Source of the DNA: Syntrophorhabdaceae bacterium
Lineage (GTDB): Bacteria > Desulfobacterota > Syntrophorhabdia > Syntrophorhabdales > Syntrophorhabdaceae
Assembly: GCA_963666485.2 (NCBI GenBank)
Contig: CAXXUO010000001.1
Span: 1,152,001-1,216,000, forward strand
Direction: 5' to 3'
Length of the DNA stretch: 64,000 nucleotides
Part shown: positions 30,035-39,505 of the stretch, one piece after another
Position numbering within the stretch: position 1 is the first letter of the stretch
Layout of the letters: each line of letters opens with the position of its first letter
Made by a program: the position numbers and the translations under genes
Notes under the pieces: generated by a model
What the model was told of the DNA's origin: nothing
Database searches by the model: none
The model's input: only the letters and a program-made list of their open reading frames with translations

Positions 30035-30792
30035 TCAAAACGAAAATAATCCAGTCGAAAAAGATCTCGTATCTTCTGCGGGCGATCCTGGCCGTACTTG
30101 CATTTTTCCTGGTCTTCCTCATTTTTTACGCATATCAGCAAGGGGCGTGGAAAGAGATCTTTTCGTATTACCGGTTCTTCTTTGACTACAAAAGACTGCG
30201 GCTGTTCATTCTTTCATTCGGTCATTTTTCCGCGATCATGTTCATCCTGATACAGGCACTTCAGGTCGTGTTTGCGCCGGTGCCGGGCGAGGTCACCGGG
30301 TTTGTCGGAGGGCTTATCTTCGGCAACGTGCTCGGTACCTTATATTCTACGATAGGCCTCGTTTTCGGGTCGCTGGTCGCATTCTATATATCGCGTTTGC
30401 TTGGATTGCGCTTCGTAGAAAAAATTGTAAAGAAAGATTATATCGATCGATTCAATTATTTCGTGCGGCACCGGGGGGTGAATGTCTCGTTCATTCTCTT
30501 CCTCATCCCCGGTTTCCCGAAAGATTCCTTATGCTATCTCCTCGGATTGACGCACATGCGCGTCGTTGACTTTATCCTGATCAATGTTTTTGCGCGGCTT
30601 CCCGGAACGCTTATGCTCACCATGCAGGGAACCGCAGTCCACTCCGAACAGTACCGTTTCTTTTTCATACTTTTTTCGACGAGCATCATACTGACTTTCG
30701 TACTCTATGTTTTCCGGAATGTCCTCGTCAAATTTTTTTTGAATGCGGTACGCAGGGTCCGACACTTTTTTCAAGCAGGCAAATCCAAATAA
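30031..30792 (+). CDS. TVP38/TMEM64 (DedA/VTT) family membrane protein
   Basis: QVVFAPVPGE, LIPGFPKD, ARLPG. Confidence 0.88.
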   Translation: MIKTKIIQSKKISYLLRAILAVLAFFLVFLIFYAYQQGAWKEIFSYYRFFFDYKRLRLFILSFGHFSAIMFILIQALQVVFAPVPGEVTGFVGGLIFGNVLGTLYSTIGLVFGSLVAFYISRLLGLRFVEKIVKKDYIDRFNYFVRHRGVNVSFILFLIPGFPKDSLCYLLGLTHMRVVDFILINVFARLPGTLMLTMQGTAVHSEQYRFFFILFSTSIILTFVLYVFRNVLVKFFLNAVRRVRHFFQAGKSK

Positions 30793-30815
30793 ACAGGTTT
30801 TTGTTATATTCTTTC

Positions 30816-30843
30816 TTGACAGAATGTTTTATTCATATACAAT
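30816..30843 (+). promoter_or_regulatory. Sigma70 promoter TTGACA-N16-TACAAT
   Basis: Near-consensus boxes upstream of the histone-like gene. Confidence 0.65.
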
Positions 30844-30890
30844 TAAAAATTAACAGGAGTGCGCTGTACAAAAAATAAAGAGGGGGAATT

Positions 30891-31256
30891 ATGGCGAGAA
30901 AATGCGGAACAAGCAAAGCAGCAACAGTTGTCAAGACGGAAACGAAGAAAGCGGTAAAACCTGCGGCCAAAAAAGCGGCGCCTGTGAAGGCAAAACCGGC
31001 TGCGGCAAAACCGGCAGTGAAGAAAGCTCCGGCAAAGAAAGCTGCTCCTGCGAAAGCTCCCGCGAAAAAAGCCGCACCTGCAAAAGCAGCGCCGGCCGTA
31101 AAGAAAGCTCCCGCGAAAAAAGCAGCACCTGCTAAAGCGGCAGCGGCAAAACCGGCCGTAAAGAAAGCTCCCGCGAAAAAAGCAGCACCTGCGAAACCGG
31201 CGGCAAAGAAACCGGCTGCAAAGAAAGCAGCGGCAAAGAAACCGGCTGCGAAGTAA
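30891..31256 (+). CDS. Histone H1-like Lys/Ala/Pro-rich protein
   Basis: PAKKAA/KKPAA repeats, internal 60-bp periodicity, RBS GAGGGGG. Confidence 0.85.
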   Translation: MARKCGTSKAATVVKTETKKAVKPAAKKAAPVKAKPAAAKPAVKKAPAKKAAPAKAPAKKAAPAKAAPAVKKAPAKKAAPAKAAAAKPAVKKAPAKKAAPAKPAAKKPAAKKAAAKKPAAK

Positions 31257-31321
31257 GGGGGGATGTGGTCCGGAAAAATAACGGACCATAGATAAGAACC
31301 CCGCCTCTGATCTCTTAATTA

Positions 31322-31936
31322 TTATCGCGACTCGGCTTCAATATTCTTTTGAGCCGATGCAATGGATGTATCGTCCATGATGTTGGTGGCGATCTCATGG
31401 ACGATGCTGTCTATTTTAGCGCGTATCGACTCACGGAATTTTTGCGCCATGTCGAGCGTCTCGCCGTCCCACTTGTGCGACCCGACGAACCTCGCGAGCG
31501 CCCCGGCATATTCCAGTATCACCTGCAGCTGCACCTCGACAAGCCCCGGGTTTGAATAGAGCATGACTGTTTTGCGATATGCTTCCGATATCCTCGCGCA
31601 CTCGTGTTCCCACAATTTGCTTCTCGATCTGAGCCCGTACATGGTGTTGTTCAGGGATTCGATCTTCGCCTCAAGGTTTTCGATCTCCGTCATTTTCTCC
31701 TTGATGATCTTTTCCCTGCGGCCGCGCTCTTCTTCGAATGTCTTGATCAGGCCCGTGAACTCCTTTTTAACTTCTTTGCGTATGACCGACTTGCTCCTTG
31801 TGTAACAGGCGATGACCTCGAGCGCGCGCTCCTTTATGTCATCCGTTCCGTCCATGGATATGTCTTCGGTGCATGGGGAAGTCCCATTTCTTGTTTGCCT
31901 GCTGCCTGTCACTTTATACCGCCTCCAGGTGTTCAC
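31322..31936 (-). CDS. Hypothetical coiled-coil protein
   Basis: Charged helical ORF overlapping the upstream sigma-like gene; start uncertain. Confidence 0.65.
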   Translation of the reverse strand: MNTWRRYKVTGSRQTRNGTSPCTEDISMDGTDDIKERALEVIACYTRSKSVIRKEVKKEFTGLIKTFEEERGRREKIIKEKMTEIENLEAKIESLNNTMYGLRSRSKLWEHECARISEAYRKTVMLYSNPGLVEVQLQVILEYAGALARFVGSHKWDGETLDMAQKFRESIRAKIDSIVHEIATNIMDDTSIASAQKNIEAESR

Positions 31937-32603
31937 AGATATCCGTTGTACGCATATGCGATAGCGCCGACAAACAAAGGGCGGCCTCGTTATTTTCGTC
32001 GGCGATGTAACAGTGGCGCGATTTTACCGTGTATGTGCACCCTCGTGAAAGCAGCTCTTTTTTCTTCGCGAGGAAATCCTGGTAACCCATGGCGCATATA
32101 AACCGGTCAGAAGCATCATAGATCTCGACGAATTTATCGCCGCTTCCTATCGCCCTCTGAAAGACATTGCGGACAGACCATTCAAGGTATGTCGAAAATT
32201 TCATCGCGATATGTTCCGCATGATCAAATTTCACCAGCGCCTGGAGTATCCCGAGAAGCCCGGTTTGAAGAAGGTCATCGTCATCGAAAACCGGGCTCAA
32301 ACTGCGATAACTCTTTGCTATGGACACTATCCTCGGCTTGTAAAGTTCATATACCAGGAAGAGCACCCGGTCGTAGTTCGCGTCGCCGGCAGACCCATCG
32401 GCGCGGGACCAATCCCGGTAGATCTCGTCCAGCTTTTCGTTCTTGTCGTATCTGTCAGGCCCGGGGGGTATCCGTGATCTGACTTTTTCCGAGATAGATA
32501 ATGCAGTGACGCTGAGATGATCTCGTTTAGCGCCCGGGCTATGGCAGTGCATCCCGTGATCTTTATACTGGTTCTTTCGCATACAAAATTTAATAATGCG
32601 CAA
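31914..32603 (-). CDS. Sigma70 region-2-containing protein lacking region 4
   Basis: IVSIAKSY..DDLLQTGLLGILQALVKFD..KFSTYLEWSVRN; start uncertain. Confidence 0.75.
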   Translation of the reverse strand: MRIIKFCMRKNQYKDHGMHCHSPGAKRDHLSVTALSISEKVRSRIPPGPDRYDKNEKLDEIYRDWSRADGSAGDANYDRVLFLVYELYKPRIVSIAKSYRSLSPVFDDDDLLQTGLLGILQALVKFDHAEHIAMKFSTYLEWSVRNVFQRAIGSGDKFVEIYDASDRFICAMGYQDFLAKKKELLSRGCTYTVKSRHCYIADENNEAALCLSALSHMRTTDICEHLEAV

Positions 32604-32796
32604 CGTGTGATCGCCGGACCTTGCATGAAGGACAAGCCGGCAATGATCTTAACGAAGCAACGTAAGCCGCCCCCGACTCCTGAACTATACGATACAAATT
32701 CCATTCAAATGTCGTCAATCAAATTTGGCCGCTCGATCTGTGTGATTTATTCGGGGATTGTACTATGCTAATCTATGCATAATAGGAGGACAAACC

Positions 32797-33504
32797 ATGG
32801 TGCGAATATGTGGCTTCGTGATCGGTATCTTCGTTCTGTTCATTGCAGCGACGGCATGCGCGGGGGAACTCAAGGCCGACGCTGCACCCGTCGGGGTAGA
32901 CAATACCGGTGCATTGACGGGGATCATCCGCGCGCTGAATTGGGACCATGAAGGTCCGTATACCGCCCGCGCCCTGAACATCTCGAAGGACATCCAGGTC
33001 AGGCGAACGGTCACACTCGCAGCGAAAGACATAGCCGTCCCCGAGGCGTGCCTCAAGAGGGATGACTGCCGGAAGGCCGTTACCCTCGTGATACCGAAAG
33101 GCATGGCAGGAGTGCAATGCGTGAAGACCGAGGATGTGATGGGGGCGCGCCATTGCATCGAGGCCGTGATATCCGAAAAGAGCATGTTCCGCATCAGCGC
33201 AAAACTCGTCGACACCCATCCCTGGAAATATAATTTTATCCCCGTTGTCGAGTTCCTCGAGGCGAGCACGCGCGCATGTCAACCGGGAGAATTTCAGTGC
33301 GTGCGTGATAAAACGTGCTGGAACAATTTCAACGGTTACTGCAGGTTCTGCCTCGGGCATCCCGTAGAGAAATGCGCATGCCTCAATGAAAAAGGCCCGC
33401 TGCCCGACAAGACCTCATGCATGTTCTTTATCTCCGGGGATATGGTCTGCACGGGAAAATGCCGCGACGGGCAATGTGAATCCGCTGACGTGCGCTGTCG
33501 CTGA
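32797..33504 (+). CDS. Secreted cysteine-rich protein
   Basis: Signal peptide, RBS AGGAGG, 12 Cys in the C-terminal ~75 aa. Confidence 0.75.
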   Translation: MVRICGFVIGIFVLFIAATACAGELKADAAPVGVDNTGALTGIIRALNWDHEGPYTARALNISKDIQVRRTVTLAAKDIAVPEACLKRDDCRKAVTLVIPKGMAGVQCVKTEDVMGARHCIEAVISEKSMFRISAKLVDTHPWKYNFIPVVEFLEASTRACQPGEFQCVRDKTCWNNFNGYCRFCLGHPVEKCACLNEKGPLPDKTSCMFFISGDMVCTGKCRDGQCESADVRCR

Positions 33505-33520
33505 TAGTTTTTCGATCGCT

Positions 33521-34585
33521 TTACCGGCTTGCAGGGTCCTTCAGCACAATGATCTCGACAGGCCCGGGTTCGGATTCGCCGGTCCCTTTGCGGACCTCCT
33601 GAATAAATGCGATCTCGGCCATCCTGTCCTTCAACTCGGATACCCGTTTTGGATCGATAAGACCGGAAACGATAATGGAACTGTTTTCGGCCCGTTCACG
33701 GACATCTTTCGCTGAGAGCGCGATCAGTATGCGGCGTGTCTTGCGGACGGTGTCGGACGGGTCGGCGGACGTGACGATTATCTGCCACGGTGTATCCCGT
33801 GGTGTTTCCGGGGCGGCCATTTTATATTCGGCCGCTTTCTCTTCCCGTGCCGCCATGGGCGAGGCCCCGCGTGTCTTGAACCGCTGCGCCTTTTCCGGGT
33901 ACGGCCCGATCGCGGCGGGTGCCGGGACCGGCGCCGGGGTTTCTTTTGTCATGGCCTGACCAACCGAATCCTTTTTACCAGGGGCAGAAGCAATACGGTG
34001 AGCATCGGCTTCGTTGACAGATGCCGCCCCTCCCGGGGGAGCGGCCGTTGTTTTCGCAGCCTCGGCCGGCACTGACTGCACCGGTTTCTTGAGGGCTTCT
34101 GCTTTTTTCTTCTGTGTTCCCTGCGCGTCCGGACGCGGCGCCGCATCGACCTTCTTTTTTGTATCGGCCTCTTTTTTCGCAGGGACTTCAGGGCTTTCCG
34201 CAGTTTTTACGGGAGGCTGGAGCCGGGCGAGGTCCGGCACATCCGGGGTCGTGGACCTGTACACGTATATCGAAAGAACGACAACGAGCGCCATCGCCAG
34301 GGCCTGAACAGGCACCTTCACATGAAATGGCAGGAAGAAGCGCGCAAACCAGCCTTTCTTCTCCTCTGTTTCCGTGATCCTTGCCATTACCTTTTCCGCA
34401 AGCCCGGGCGGCGGCTCGAGTTCGTCGAGATTTTCGAGGATCTCTTTCGTCTTCTCGAGGTCCTTGAGTGCGTCACGGCAACGGATGCAATCGGCGCAAT
34501 GCTGTTCGATCACCCCCCTTTCTTCATTCGGAAGGGAATTCTCAAGATAAGCTGTCAGCCGCTCTTCAATTTCGGTGCATTTCAT
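33521..34585 (-). CDS. Zinc-finger anti-sigma factor (zf-HC2, DUF2275-like)
   Basis: MKC..HCADCIRC, single TM helix, overlaps the ECF sigma stop. Confidence 0.88.
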   Translation of the reverse strand: MKCTEIEERLTAYLENSLPNEERGVIEQHCADCIRCRDALKDLEKTKEILENLDELEPPPGLAEKVMARITETEEKKGWFARFFLPFHVKVPVQALAMALVVVLSIYVYRSTTPDVPDLARLQPPVKTAESPEVPAKKEADTKKKVDAAPRPDAQGTQKKKAEALKKPVQSVPAEAAKTTAAPPGGAASVNEADAHRIASAPGKKDSVGQAMTKETPAPVPAPAAIGPYPEKAQRFKTRGASPMAAREEKAAEYKMAAPETPRDTPWQIIVTSADPSDTVRKTRRILIALSAKDVRERAENSSIIVSGLIDPKRVSELKDRMAEIAFIQEVRKGTGESEPGPVEIIVLKDPASR

Positions 34586-35235
34586 CGCAGGTCACCAAAA
34601 ACTTTCTTGAAACTTTCCTTGATAGCACCCCGGGCCCGCGACAGGCGTGATTTAACGGTGCCGTCCGGCAGGCCCAGCATCACGGTGATCTCTTCGTACG
34701 AAAAACCCTGGATATCCCTGAGCACAAGGACCTCCCTGTGGTCTTTCTCGAGATCGTTGATGCACTGCTGCACCTTTTTCTGTGTTTCCTTCTGGATCAT
34801 AAGGTCGATTACGGGTATATCGCCTGATGCCGGATCGATCGGTCGCGTGTCATGCCCGGGCGACATGTCCTGGTCCAGACTCACAGGTTCGTGGTATGCC
34901 TTTCCGGTCGTATGCCGCATACGGTTCCGGGAATGGTTGACAACTATTCCATACAGCCATGTCGAGAATTTTGCCTCGCCCCGGAAGGTTTTGATCGCCT
35001 TGTATGCGGAAAGGAACGACTCCTGCACGATATCCGATGCATCATCGTAATTTCCCGTCATGCGGTAGGCTATGTTGAACATTTTCTTCTGATGCCTCCT
35101 GACCAGGGTCTCGAACGCCTGCGGCTCTCCTTGCTTACACAGGGAAACGTACTGCCAATCCTCATCAACAAGGGGCCTTGCTCCCTTTTCTTCAGTGTTA
35201 GACAGCCTGTCGGCCGATTTTGTTCCTTTCCGCAT
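34582..35235 (-). CDS. ECF RNA polymerase sigma factor
   Basis: DIVQESF, FSTWLYGIVVN, LRDIQGFSYEEI, GTVKSRLSRAR; start uncertain. Confidence 0.93.
   Translation of the reverse strand: MRKGTKSADRLSNTEEKGARPLVDEDWQYVSLCKQGEPQAFETLVRRHQKKMFNIAYRMTGNYDDASDIVQESFLSAYKAIKTFRGEAKFSTWLYGIVVNHSRNRMRHTTGKAYHEPVSLDQDMSPGHDTRPIDPASGDIPVIDLMIQKETQKKVQQCINDLEKDHREVLVLRDIQGFSYEEITVMLGLPDGTVKSRLSRARGAIKESFKKVFGDLR
35200..35226 (-). promoter_or_regulatory. ECF-type promoter GGAAC-N18-GTCT
   Basis: GGAACAAAATCGGCCGACAGGCTGTCTAA at the 5' end of the ECF gene. Confidence 0.6.
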
Positions 35236-35449
35236 AAAAAAGCGTGCCAGGCAGTTTCCTATGGTCAGTGTGCGCATCATCATCAGTAGATATTTCTGAT
35301 AATTTTTACTGCACCATACCGGGGATTGCAAAGAAAAAAGGTGCACGACTGCCCCCGGGGCGGGAAAAACTTAAGGAACTTAATATTTTTCCGATGATAG
35401 ATGTATAAGGACGGGAAGCAAGGCGTCCCGGTCAATACTATGGTGCCCC

Positions 35450-36331
35450 GTGATCACTGATTTCGCAAAAAGACTCGAGAATGTCATAAATTTTATTCCC
35501 CCTATCCCCGCGGTCATCATTGAACTTTTAAAGACCCTCGATGATGAAAATGCGAATATGAGCACTATCGCGCGGGTCATCGCGAAAGACCCGCCGATGA
35601 GCATGAACGTTCTGAAGGTGGCAAATTCGGCCTTTTACAGACTTGCCAACAAGGTATCGAATGTCGATCATGCGGTGAAGATGCTCGGGGTAAAAGAGAT
35701 CAGCATGATATGCGTTTCATGCGGGGCATACCAGGCGCTCAAGCCTGCCCGGGATGCCGGGACATTCAGCCTGCAGGAATTCTGGAAACACTCCGTTGCG
35801 ACGGGCGTGATCGCGCGCACCTTATGCAAGGAGCTTTCGGTCGGTGACCGGCAGACGATATATTTCGGCGGACTTCTCCATGACATCGGCAAGGTCGTTC
35901 TCGATCGTTTCGCCCACGATGTCTACAAGATCGTCATACAGATAACGCACGATGAATGCGTGCCCATGATCGAGGCGGAAAAGAACATAATCGGCGAATC
36001 CCATGACGTGATCGGCGGCATTATCATGGAAAAGTGGAAATTCCCTTTCGTTCTCGCTGACGTCGCCCGGTTTCACCATACTATATCCGCGTCCCCGGAT
36101 GAGTCACTCCCGTCCGTGGCGTTGTGCGCGCTTGCGGACGAACTCGCCCGGATACGCTTTTACGGTTTCGGCGGTAACAGGTCAGGCGTCGTCCTGGAGG
36201 AGACGGAGGCGTTTCGTACCCTCGCAGGCATCGCACCGGCGATAACGAATATCGATATGTTCAAATTCCTGCAGGACCTCGAAACGCTCGACGACGAGAT
36301 AGCGGATATGGAAGCGATACTGACAGGATAA
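35450..36331 (+). CDS. HDOD domain protein
   Basis: IPPIP, KDPPMS..VLKVANSAFY, FWKHS, GLLHDIGK. Confidence 0.92.
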   Translation: MITDFAKRLENVINFIPPIPAVIIELLKTLDDENANMSTIARVIAKDPPMSMNVLKVANSAFYRLANKVSNVDHAVKMLGVKEISMICVSCGAYQALKPARDAGTFSLQEFWKHSVATGVIARTLCKELSVGDRQTIYFGGLLHDIGKVVLDRFAHDVYKIVIQITHDECVPMIEAEKNIIGESHDVIGGIIMEKWKFPFVLADVARFHHTISASPDESLPSVALCALADELARIRFYGFGGNRSGVVLEETEAFRTLAGIAPAITNIDMFKFLQDLETLDDEIADMEAILTG

Positions 36332-36335
36332 AGGC

Positions 36336-36395
36336 GGTTCCACGTTCCACGTTAAAAAAATCTAACAGAACATACTCGGCTTTGAACGTAGAACA
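36336..36395. repeat. Degenerate inverted heptamer arrays (NGTTCCA)n...(TWGAAC)
   Basis: ggttcca cgttcca cgttaaa ... ttgaacg tagaaca. Confidence 0.55.
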
Positions 36396-36442
36396 TTTTT
36401 TTACACTGTGCTATAATCCCGCTAAAAAACAGGAGATGAATT

Positions 36443-36982
36443 ATGGCAACCCCGACAGGAAAAATGCCCAGAGTTTTCTTTCATTGCCGTCTGTTGCTTT
36501 TATGTGCATGCGTGATGTTCCTTTTTGCATGCAACGTTTCCTACCTCGAAAAGTTCGGGGAATTCGATGCTCAGCAGGGAAATTATGAGGCAGCGGTACA
36601 GGATTATACAAAGGCTATCCGGTATGCTCCGCACGACCCGGTGCCGCGCGTTTCCCGCGGGTATGCCTACCAGAAGATGGGAAAGAATGACGAGGCGATA
36701 GCCGACTATACAAAAGCCATTGAGCTTTCCCCGGCCGATGCCGAACTGTATTTGATCCGCGGCGTCGCCTATTCTCTCAAGGGCAGCAACGACGAGGCCA
36801 TTGCCGATTACTCGAAGGCGATAGCGATCGACCCCCGCAGTGCCGACGCCTATTTCAACCGCGCCCAGGCCTACGAAGCCAAGAATATGAACGATCAGGC
36901 ATTGCAGGATTATAAGACGGCCGCCCGCCTCAACAGTCCCCGGGCCCAGGGCGTGCTCATGGGCAGGCAGATCGCCTGGTGA
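36443..36982 (+). CDS. TPR-repeat lipoprotein
   Basis: LFAC lipobox; repeated AIADYTKAI TPR units. Confidence 0.88.
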   Translation: MATPTGKMPRVFFHCRLLLLCACVMFLFACNVSYLEKFGEFDAQQGNYEAAVQDYTKAIRYAPHDPVPRVSRGYAYQKMGKNDEAIADYTKAIELSPADAELYLIRGVAYSLKGSNDEAIADYSKAIAIDPRSADAYFNRAQAYEAKNMNDQALQDYKTAARLNSPRAQGVLMGRQIAW

Positions 36983-36996
36983 TCTTTGAGCGTTTC

Positions 36997-37023
36997 GGAA
37001 CTTTTTTGATCGGTCAATTGTCT
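36997..37023 (+). promoter_or_regulatory. ECF-type promoter GGAACTT-N16-GTCT
   Basis: Matches the classic sigmaE-like consensus; ends 42 nt before the ATG at 37066. Confidence 0.7.
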
Positions 37024-37065
37024 TAACCGGGAGATGAGGATATTAAGACCGCAAGGAGGTTACCG

Positions 37066-39414
37066 ATGAAACGTGCTTCAGTTGTTTTTGTCCTGTGTGC
37101 CGTGTTTTTTTCGATCCTGCTTCTTCCCGGGTTGTCTTACACGCAAAAACCGGAAAATAGGGACGACAAGACGTTGTCGCCCTATTTTTTTGTCAAAAGC
37201 GATGATCCGGCTTTAGACCAGCTTCCCCTTAAATCTACCTCGGCTGTTGCCAGCATTTCGGGCGTCATCGCGGATGTCACCGTGACGCAGGTTTACAAGA
37301 ACGAGGGAAAGAAGACCCTCGAAGCGGTCTACGTCTTCCCCGCATCGACGCGCGCGGCTGTCTACGGCATGAAGATGGTCATTGGCAAGCGTGTCATCGA
37401 GGCGAAGGTGAAAAAACGCGACGATGCGCGCAAGGAGTACGAGGACGCGAAAAAGGCGGGCAAAAGCGCCTCGCTGCTCGAGCAGCAAAGGCCCAACGTG
37501 TTCCAGATGAACGTTGCGAACATCATGCCCGGTGACGAGATACGTGTCGAACTGAAGTATACGGAACTCCTTGTCCCTGTGGACAAGGTATATGAGTTTG
37601 TCTACCCGACGGTCGTGGGCCCCCGTTACTCGAACAAACCTGCCGAAGGCGCACTCCCCTCCGACAAATGGGTGCAGAACCCGTACCTGCACGCGGGCGA
37701 GAAGCCCCCGTACACGTTTGATATAACGGTGAACGTTGCGGCGGGAATGCCGATCAAAGACCTCGCTTCCTCCTCGCATAAGGTCAATACGAACTTCACA
37801 GGCCCGAAAAATGCGAAGGTGACCCTGGACCCGGCGGACAAGAGCGGCGGCAACAGGGACTATATCCTGCGGTACCGCCTGGCGGGGGACAAGGTTGAAT
37901 CCGGCCTTCTCCTGTTCCAGGGAGAGAAGGAGAATTTCTTCCTCTACATGGTCCAGCCGCCGAAAACGGTGAAGCCTTCCCAGATCCCGGGGAGGGAATA
38001 TATATTCGTGGTCGACGTGTCCGGCTCCATGTGGGGGTTCCCGCTTGAAATATCCAAGAAGCTTCTGAGGGACCTTATAGGGAACCTCCGGCCGAAGGAC
38101 ACCTTCAACGTGCTCCTGTTCTCGGGCGGGTCAAAGCTCATGGCCGAGAGATCTTTGCCTGCAACAAAGGAAAATATCGATAAGGCCGTCCATCTCATCG
38201 AAAGTCAGCAGGGCGGCGGAGGAACGGAACTGCTGCCGGCCTTGAACCGCGTCCTCAAGATCCCGAAACTCGAAAATTACTCGCGCAGCATTATCGTGGC
38301 AACCGATGGTTACGTCATGGTTGAAGAGGACGTTCTCGACCTTATACGCAACAATCTCGGCGACGCAAATATGTTTGCCTTCGGTATCGGCACATCCGTC
38401 AACCGCCATATAATAGAAGGCATGGCCCACGTGGGAATGGGGGAGCCGTTCGTCATTACGAAGCCCGCGGACGCCCCGGCCCAGGCGGCGCGGTTCCGCC
38501 AGATGATAGAATCCCCGGTCCTGACGAAAGTGAAGGTGAATTTCAAAGGTTTTACCGCGTATGATGTTGAGCCGCCCGCGATCCCGGACGTGCTTTCCGA
38601 TCGCCCGGTCATCGTATTCGGCAAATGGAAAGGGCAGCCGTCGGGAACGATAACCGTTACCGGCATCTCGGGGAACGGGAAGTTTTCAGAATCCATCAAC
38701 GTATCCACCGTCAGGCCGTCAAAAGAGAACCTGTCGCTGCGCTACCTCTGGGCGCGCCACCGCATCATGCTCCTGTCCGACTATAACAAGCTGCACTCGA
38801 ACGACAAGCGCATCAAAGAGGTCACGGACCTCGGGCTCGCATACAACCTGCTGACGGCATACACTTCCTTCGTTGCCGTCGACAACGTTGTTCGGAAGAC
38901 GGGCGACTCGACGACGGTAAACCAGCCCCTGCCGATGCCGGATGGCGTATCCGATTACGCTGTCGGCGGCGGGATGATGAAAACGATGGCCCTGGCGCCG
39001 CCGTCACCGGGAATGTATCCGCACTATGCAGGCAAGCGTGCGGAAATGGCCGTGCAGGAAAAACCGCGCGGGGATGGAGTACGAACAAAAGAGTCCGCAA
39101 CAACACCGAAGGCAACGGTTGCACGTGTCACTGCGACGGGCGGGCTCACGACAAAATCCGCCGAGACTGTGATCAAGAGCAGTCTTGACAGCATCGCCGG
39201 GTGTTTTACCGGGATCACGGCACCCGTTACTTACGGGATAAGCATTACCGTGAATGCCGACGGCACCGTGAGCGCGGTGAAGATCACCACGAAGACGCGG
39301 TCGAAAGACGCATACGAGAAATGCCTCACCGAGGCACTGAAAAATCTTGTATTCGTGGCAACACAAAACGGCTCGCAGGCGACAGTCACGGTCAGCCTCA
39401 CGATAACGCCGTAG
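37066..39414 (+). CDS. Exported VIT + VWA domain protein
   Basis: EAVYVFP, LLEQQRPNVF (VIT); DVSGSM MIDAS, GGTEL, TDG, TSFVAVD. Confidence 0.9.
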   Translation: MKRASVVFVLCAVFFSILLLPGLSYTQKPENRDDKTLSPYFFVKSDDPALDQLPLKSTSAVASISGVIADVTVTQVYKNEGKKTLEAVYVFPASTRAAVYGMKMVIGKRVIEAKVKKRDDARKEYEDAKKAGKSASLLEQQRPNVFQMNVANIMPGDEIRVELKYTELLVPVDKVYEFVYPTVVGPRYSNKPAEGALPSDKWVQNPYLHAGEKPPYTFDITVNVAAGMPIKDLASSSHKVNTNFTGPKNAKVTLDPADKSGGNRDYILRYRLAGDKVESGLLLFQGEKENFFLYMVQPPKTVKPSQIPGREYIFVVDVSGSMWGFPLEISKKLLRDLIGNLRPKDTFNVLLFSGGSKLMAERSLPATKENIDKAVHLIESQQGGGGTELLPALNRVLKIPKLENYSRSIIVATDGYVMVEEDVLDLIRNNLGDANMFAFGIGTSVNRHIIEGMAHVGMGEPFVITKPADAPAQAARFRQMIESPVLTKVKVNFKGFTAYDVEPPAIPDVLSDRPVIVFGKWKGQPSGTITVTGISGNGKFSESINVSTVRPSKENLSLRYLWARHRIMLLSDYNKLHSNDKRIKEVTDLGLAYNLLTAYTSFVAVDNVVRKTGDSTTVNQPLPMPDGVSDYAVGGGMMKTMALAPPSPGMYPHYAGKRAEMAVQEKPRGDGVRTKESATTPKATVARVTATGGLTTKSAETVIKSSLDSIAGCFTGITAPVTYGISITVNADGTVSAVKITTKTRSKDAYEKCLTEALKNLVFVATQNGSQATVTVSLTITP

Positions 39415-39433
39415 GCTTTACGGCAGCGCACAC

Positions 39434-39466
39434 ACAAGGCCGGGCGATGCATACCCGGCCTTGTTT
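39434..39466 (+). terminator. Hairpin/terminator after the VIT gene
   Basis: ACAAGGCCGGG...CCCGGCCTTGT-TT. Confidence 0.65.
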
Positions 39467-39505
39467 ATTGCATTTGACTCCCCGCGCGTGGTATTTTGTT
39501 ACGTT

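Noticed and set aside
30843..31289. Arg/Cys/Phe-rich ORF on the minus strand
   Set aside because: Antisense of the histone-like repeat gene, which has the promoter and RBS
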